The translations under genes were made by a program, and so were the position numbers. A DNA stretch of 64,000 nucleotides, taken from Spirochaetia bacterium (GTDB taxonomy: Bacteria; Spirochaetota; Spirochaetia; SZUA-6; Bin103). The stretch spans positions 1,597,306-1,661,305 of the forward strand of contig CBDBOV010000006.1 in NCBI GenBank assembly GCA_965208575.1. Direction: 5' to 3'. Below, piece by piece: positions 59,063 through 64,000 of this stretch. The notes under the pieces are model-generated. The model did no database searches, had not been told where the DNA came from, and was given only the letters and a program-made list of their open reading frames with translations. How positions within the stretch are numbered: the stretch's first letter is position 1; every line of letters starts with the position of its first letter.

Positions 59063-61981
59063 TCATCGCGTCCCGAGGGTGAGCAGGTAGTCGCGCAGGA
59101 CTTCGAGCTGGTGGCCGGTGTCGTCGTTCAGGATGCCCGGCGCGCCGAGCGGGTAGAACGCCGGCATGCGGGTGCCCGGCATCAGCGACTGCGGGTCGGC
59201 CAGCCAGTCGATGATCCACTCCGGGCGCAGCCGCTCGGCGGCGAGCGCGAAGTTGGGCGCCCAGCGGTCCGGGGTGCCCGGCGGGAACTGGTCGCCCTGG
59301 ATGTGACAGGTGGTGCAGTTGAAGTACTGCGGCGAGAACATGGTCAGCGCCGCGTCCAGCTCCTCCTGGCTCAGATCCGGCTGCACCGTCTCGGCGAACG
59401 GATAGTCGGCGTCGTCGAGCGCCGTGAAGTAGGCGGTCAGGTCGTTGCGCTGCCCGGCGCTCATGCCGTAGCTCGGCATGCGCATGCTCAGCCACGGCCG
59501 GATCGGCGACGGCTCGTGGAAGAAGGCGAACAGCCAGTCGGTCTGCACCTTGCGGCCCTCGCCGAGCAGGTTGGGCGGCGAGAAGCTGACCGCCAGCGCG
59601 CCCGCGTCGGCGGCGTCGCGCCCCTCGAACCGCTGCAGCCAGTCGGCCACCCGCTCCACCACCGCGCCGCCGTCGCCTTCGATAACGTGGCAGCCCTGGC
59701 AGTTCATCTGCCGCACCAGTTGCTGGCCCTGCTCGATGCGCAGGTTGCGCGGCGTGCGCGGCACGATCAGGGTGTTGTCCGGGTCGGTTTCCACGAATCC
59801 CGCGAGCGCGGTCACCACCGCCTCTACCTGCTCGTCGGTGAAGCGGAAGTTGGGCATGCGGCTTTTCAGCATCGGCGTCAGGTCGCGGTGGGTATCGAAT
59901 ATGCGCGGGTCGGTGAGCTTGGCCGTCCACCACGACGTGCGGCTGTGCTCGATGTCGATGAAGCCGTAGTCGAACTGGTGCAGCGCCTTGCGACCGATGT
60001 CGGTCAGCTCGGTGCCGATCGGCTGGGCGCCCTCGAAGCCGGCAATGTCATGGCAGGCGTAGCATCCGTACTGTCCGATGAGCCGTTCGCCGGCGTACTC
60101 CAGCTTCTCGTTCCGGTTCATGCCGGACAACTGCTCGCGGGCGGTAATCATCGGAGCCGTGTTGGAAAGGAAGTCCAAGACAATCTCGTCGACGATCGCT
60201 TCGTCGACGGCGGGCACCGGGCGGCTCACGAACGCGTTGTCGGTCGACCCCATCAGGTAGGCGGTGATGTCGGCCGCCTCCTGGTCGGTCAGGCGCAGAC
60301 TCGGCATGCGCGTGCCGGGATGGTAGCTGGACGGATCCTTGAGCCAGTTGTACACCCACTGCGCCGAGGTCTTGCTGCCGAGCCCCTGGAAGTTGGGGCC
60401 GAACTGACGGCGCAGGTCCTGGATGCCGGCGGCCGTTCGGCTGTCGCTGCCGGCGGTCTCCTCGGGTGCCTGGTGGCATGCCATGCAGCCGACCGAGGCG
60501 ACCAGCTCCTCGCCGCGGGCCGCGTCGCCGGCCACCGGGATCGAGGCCATCGCGTAAGGGGTGCTGTTGGCGAACAGGTAGCTCACCATCGCGCGCACCT
60601 CCTGGTCGCCGCGCGCTGCCGAGTCAGGGTCGCTGTTGTTGCTCTGCCCATAGTAGGAGGGCATCCAGGTCTGTGCGCGGAAGCCGGCCGGATCCGTGAT
60701 CCACTGAACGGCGAACTCCTCGGAGATCTTGGACGACACGTGGCGCAGCGAGGGACCGCGTTGCACCGACCGTTCGAAGCTGTCGATCTGGTGGCACGAG
60801 TAGCAGCCCGCCTGCTCGACCAGGGCGAGCCCGTAGTTGAGCTGGTCGGCGCCGCGCACCTGCGTCTGACCGCTGTGGCACTGGTAGCAGCCCGCCTCCG
60901 CGTAGCGCAGCGGATGCATCGGCTCCTCCCACAGGTGGTATTCCTTCCAGCCGAGGCGCTCTTCCCAGTCGTGTTCCTGGTCGGAGGAATCGGGCACGTG
61001 CACGGTGCCGTAAAAGTCGGTCGCGCGCCCGCGGCCGCCGTGGCAGCTCGTGCAGCCGAACTCCTCCAGCGGGTGCGGCGAATCGCTGGCCACGAACAGC
61101 GCCAGCCGCGGATGGGCGCCGTGCGGGTTCTCCACCCCTTCCAGGTCGGCACGCTCCACGCCGAGGTGGCAGGTCACGCAACGGTCCACGCGCGGCACCT
61201 GGGCAAAGTTGAGGTTCTCCTTGATGTCGGGCAGCACCACCTGGTTCACCTTCAGGGTGGGCTGCGCGAGGTCGAGTATCGGCAGGTCGCGGATGACGTT
61301 GGCCACCTTCACGCCCACCGGCGAAAACTCGGGGTCCATGCGCGTCAGCCGCCGCATCAGCAGATCGGCCTCGCGCGAGAGCTGGTCGCGGGTGCGCATG
61401 GCGGCGCGTACGTCGTCCTGGAACGCGGTCAGGGCGGTCTGCGCCCGGTCCAGGGCGAGCTGCGCTTCCTCCTGGGCCACCGAGGCGCCGACGAACTGGC
61501 TCTCCCAGCGGCCCAGGTCGCGGGCGGTGCGCTCGCTGCTCAGCCCCAGGCCCTCGACGCTGGCGGCCGCCTGCTCGTCGCGGTAGCGGGCCCGTTCCAA
61601 CTCCGCCTTCACGTTCTGGAACCGCGAGTTGACAATGTCGAAACGCGCCTTCAGGCGGTCCACTTCGCGGCCGGCGGAAGCCACGTCATCCTTGCGCGCG
61701 GTAAGCGATTCCTCGGCGGCGGCCACCTGCTCGCGCGCCCGCGCCAGGTCCGCGCTGCCCTCCATCTCGGAGGCCATCTCGTCGTAGGCGGCACGCGTCA
61801 CGCGCTGGTCGATGCGCCGGAACTCGCGCTGCCAGCGCTTCCACTCGCGCGCGTAGTCCTGGGCGAACCCGCCGATGATGGTGATCAGCAGCACGATGCT
61901 GCCGATCGCGAACCACTTGTTCAGGGTGCCGATCTTGTAGTGCCGCTCTTCCGGCTGCGGTGCTTGCGGTCGGACTGCCAT
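59063..61981 (-). CDS. Membrane-anchored octaheme cytochrome c with coiled-coil stalk
   Basis: N-terminal TM; eight CxxCH motifs (CVTCH, CTSCH, CYQCH, CYSCH, CMACH, CYACH, CQGCH, CTTCH). Confidence 0.9.
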   Translation of the reverse strand: MAVRPQAPQPEERHYKIGTLNKWFAIGSIVLLITIIGGFAQDYAREWKRWQREFRRIDQRVTRAAYDEMASEMEGSADLARAREQVAAAEESLTARKDDVASAGREVDRLKARFDIVNSRFQNVKAELERARYRDEQAAASVEGLGLSSERTARDLGRWESQFVGASVAQEEAQLALDRAQTALTAFQDDVRAAMRTRDQLSREADLLMRRLTRMDPEFSPVGVKVANVIRDLPILDLAQPTLKVNQVVLPDIKENLNFAQVPRVDRCVTCHLGVERADLEGVENPHGAHPRLALFVASDSPHPLEEFGCTSCHGGRGRATDFYGTVHVPDSSDQEHDWEERLGWKEYHLWEEPMHPLRYAEAGCYQCHSGQTQVRGADQLNYGLALVEQAGCYSCHQIDSFERSVQRGPSLRHVSSKISEEFAVQWITDPAGFRAQTWMPSYYGQSNNSDPDSAARGDQEVRAMVSYLFANSTPYAMASIPVAGDAARGEELVASVGCMACHQAPEETAGSDSRTAAGIQDLRRQFGPNFQGLGSKTSAQWVYNWLKDPSSYHPGTRMPSLRLTDQEAADITAYLMGSTDNAFVSRPVPAVDEAIVDEIVLDFLSNTAPMITAREQLSGMNRNEKLEYAGERLIGQYGCYACHDIAGFEGAQPIGTELTDIGRKALHQFDYGFIDIEHSRTSWWTAKLTDPRIFDTHRDLTPMLKSRMPNFRFTDEQVEAVVTALAGFVETDPDNTLIVPRTPRNLRIEQGQQLVRQMNCQGCHVIEGDGGAVVERVADWLQRFEGRDAADAGALAVSFSPPNLLGEGRKVQTDWLFAFFHEPSPIRPWLSMRMPSYGMSAGQRNDLTAYFTALDDADYPFAETVQPDLSQEELDAALTMFSPQYFNCTTCHIQGDQFPPGTPDRWAPNFALAAERLRPEWIIDWLADPQSLMPGTRMPAFYPLGAPGILNDDTGHQLEVLRDYLLTLGTR

Positions 61982-63088
61982 CTATACGTTGAGGAAGTAC
62001 TCCGGGATCGAGACGATATACTTCAGGTTGAACAGCCAGCGTGTGTACATCTTGATCGGCAGAGCCAACCCCATCAGCAACAGCACGATGAAAAAACTGT
62101 AGCGAACCACGCCGAGGCGCTGGAACAGCCGCTTGAACACGGTCTGCGCCAACAGCCCGGGCACGATCGCGAAGTACCCCAGGATCAGCAGGATCCCGAA
62201 CAACTCACGGACCAGGATATTCTTCGGCAACCCGGTGCGCAGCAGGAAGATGTACACGTATTCCGACAGGTTTACGTTGTTCAGCACCTCGCGCTTGTTG
62301 GGATCCCAGAACTCGAACGGTCCGAAGAAGTTCCAGTTCGGTCCGCGCAGGAAGGTGCCGACCAGGATCAGGAAGATCCACATCACCACGAAGCCGAACA
62401 GGAAGATGCTGATCGACTTCATGCGCGGCCGGTAGCTGTAGAAGCCCTGGCCGCCGGGGTTTATGTCCATGTAGGGGATGGCGACCAGACCGACGATGAT
62501 CAGCGTCGGCAGCACCACACCGGCCAGCCACGGGTCGTAGTAGACCAGCATCTCCTGCAGACCGAGGAAGTACCACGGCGCCTTCGACGGGTTGGGCGAC
62601 ACGGTGGGATTGGCCGGTTCCTCCAGTGGCGCCTTCAGGAACAGCGACCAGACGATCATCAGCGCCATCGACAGGATCAGGCAGATGAACTCCACGTACA
62701 CCAGGTCGGGCCACACCAGTACCTTCTCGTTGTCCAGCGCCTCGCGCGGCGGTTCGCCCTTCTCGGCGCGCAGGTCGTTGTCGCGCGCCTGCTTCATCGA
62801 GTACCAGAGGAAGAACGGCACCAGGAACAGGAGCGCCGTGATCGGAATGTTGTCCGGCTTGAATACGATGAGGCGGAAGTTCGCGTCGGTGATCCCCCAC
62901 AGGAAGAAGACCGCCAGCAGGGCGAAGAACACCGCGCCGCCGGCCGGAGTCCACAGCACGTCGAGCTTCAGGCGGCGGTTGAGCCGGTACAGCTTCTCGC
63001 CGGGCGGGAAAATGAAGAAGAACCCCACAATGAAGATCGAGAACAGGATGGCGGGGTTGGAAACCCAGTTGAAGAATTGCTTGAGCAC
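61982..63088 (-). CDS. Cytochrome b C-terminal / subunit IV-like membrane protein (extended)
   Basis: VWPDLVYVEF, APLEEPANP, PSKAPWYFLGLQE (PEWY-equivalent), PYMD; GTG 63088 after AAGGA. Confidence 0.85.
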   Translation of the reverse strand: MLKQFFNWVSNPAILFSIFIVGFFFIFPPGEKLYRLNRRLKLDVLWTPAGGAVFFALLAVFFLWGITDANFRLIVFKPDNIPITALLFLVPFFLWYSMKQARDNDLRAEKGEPPREALDNEKVLVWPDLVYVEFICLILSMALMIVWSLFLKAPLEEPANPTVSPNPSKAPWYFLGLQEMLVYYDPWLAGVVLPTLIIVGLVAIPYMDINPGGQGFYSYRPRMKSISIFLFGFVVMWIFLILVGTFLRGPNWNFFGPFEFWDPNKREVLNNVNLSEYVYIFLLRTGLPKNILVRELFGILLILGYFAIVPGLLAQTVFKRLFQRLGVVRYSFFIVLLLMGLALPIKMYTRWLFNLKYIVSIPEYFLNV

Positions 63089-63123
63089 CTTTCCTTGCGT
63101 CCTTGCCGCTTGGTCCTTGCCGC

Positions 63124-63984
63124 TTACGTGGGTCCGGAGATCCCGCCGTCCTTCCGGATGCGCCAGAAGTGGACGATCATCAGGATCATCACGATGAACG
63201 GCACCCCGATGCAGTGCAGCACGTAGAAGCGCAGCAAGGTCGCTTCTCCGAGGAAGCGCCCGCCGAGCAGGGCGAACTTGGCGTCGGCTCCGGCATGCAC
63301 GAAGTTCACGTCGCCGATCGACAGCAGAGACGCGCCCGGGCCCTCGTGGCCGAGAAACGGTGCCGCGCGAGCCATGTTGGCGCCCACGGTGACCGCCCAG
63401 ATGGCGAGCTGGTCCCACGGCAGCAGGTAACCGGTGTAGCTCAGGAACATGGTCAGGGTGAGCAACAGCACCCCGATCAGCCAGTTGAACTCGCGCGGCG
63501 GCTTGTAGGAGCCGGTCATGAACACCCGGAACATGTGCAGCCACACGGTAATCACCATCAGGTGCGCGCCCCAGCGGTGGATCTCGCGCATGATGCCGAG
63601 CGGCACCTGCGAGCCGATGTCGATGATGTCGCCGTAGGCGGCCTCGACGGTGGGCCGGTAATAGAACATGAGCAGGATGCCGGTGATGGTCAGCACCAGG
63701 AAGATGAAGAACGACAGCCCGCCCATGCACCAGGTGTACTTCACCTTGACCGCGTGCTTCGGCAGGCGCACCGGGTGGAGGTGCAGGAACACGTTGTTCA
63801 GCACGCCCATCATGCGCTGCCGGCGGGTGCGCGGTATGCCGGTGCGGAATATCGACTTGATTACCTGCGACTCGGCAAGCTGCTTGAGTACGTTGGGGCC
63901 CTTGCTGCCATTGGACCCGCCGCGGGCGCCGCCGCCGGCGCGACCGCCGCCCCGGCGACCGGATCGGGTTTCGGTGTCAGCCAT
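63124..63984 (-). CDS. petB: Cytochrome b6-like N-terminal subunit of a Rieske/cytochrome b complex
   Basis: WCMGG (heme ci Cys), REIHRWGAHLMV, HMFRVF..YKPPREFNW, TGYLLPWDQ, RFYVLH..VHFWRIRK. Confidence 0.92.
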   Translation of the reverse strand: MADTETRSGRRGGGRAGGGARGGSNGSKGPNVLKQLAESQVIKSIFRTGIPRTRRQRMMGVLNNVFLHLHPVRLPKHAVKVKYTWCMGGLSFFIFLVLTITGILLMFYYRPTVEAAYGDIIDIGSQVPLGIMREIHRWGAHLMVITVWLHMFRVFMTGSYKPPREFNWLIGVLLLTLTMFLSYTGYLLPWDQLAIWAVTVGANMARAAPFLGHEGPGASLLSIGDVNFVHAGADAKFALLGGRFLGEATLLRFYVLHCIGVPFIVMILMIVHFWRIRKDGGISGPT

Positions 63985-64000
63985 GGGTCGCGTTACTCCT

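Noticed and set aside
63100-63125. AAGCGGCAAGGAC x2 between petB and subunit IV
   Set aside because: Short local duplication around the RBS with no evidence of function
58892-63226. 1444-aa plus-strand ORF
   Set aside because: Antisense shadow of the cytochrome operon

Overview
High-GC bacterial chromosome segment, probably Spirochaetota. This assignment is inferred from the long-form GlyA, the lspA plus 90-aa MNKKANT membrane gene pair, and general gene content. The backbone is housekeeping and metabolic: glyA, aroK, hisA/hisE, purL/Q/E/K, lspA, Lhr helicase, menG/menF/menD, glgP, a cytochrome b / octaheme cytochrome c operon, and three tRNAs (Arg-TCT, Pro-TGG, Ala-GGC). Accessory elements stand out. 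(1) A low-GC three-gene cassette below tRNA-Arg encodes two HDR-type PLD-like nuclease domains and a 700-aa unknown protein, a candidate uncharacterised defence system. (2) A low-GC three-gene cassette of an unknown protein, a degenerate DUF2791-like ATPase and an intact one is joined to the end of the respiratory operon with no other BREX genes. (3) An IS110 element splits a TetR gene at a GAGC core, and its left end carries visible target- and donor-matching bridge-RNA guides. (4) A 1638-aa GH13+GT5 fusion lies next to glgP. (5) Tandem repeats span the purL start codon and lie inside a small coiled-coil gene. All family calls come from motif recognition by eye; no searches were run.
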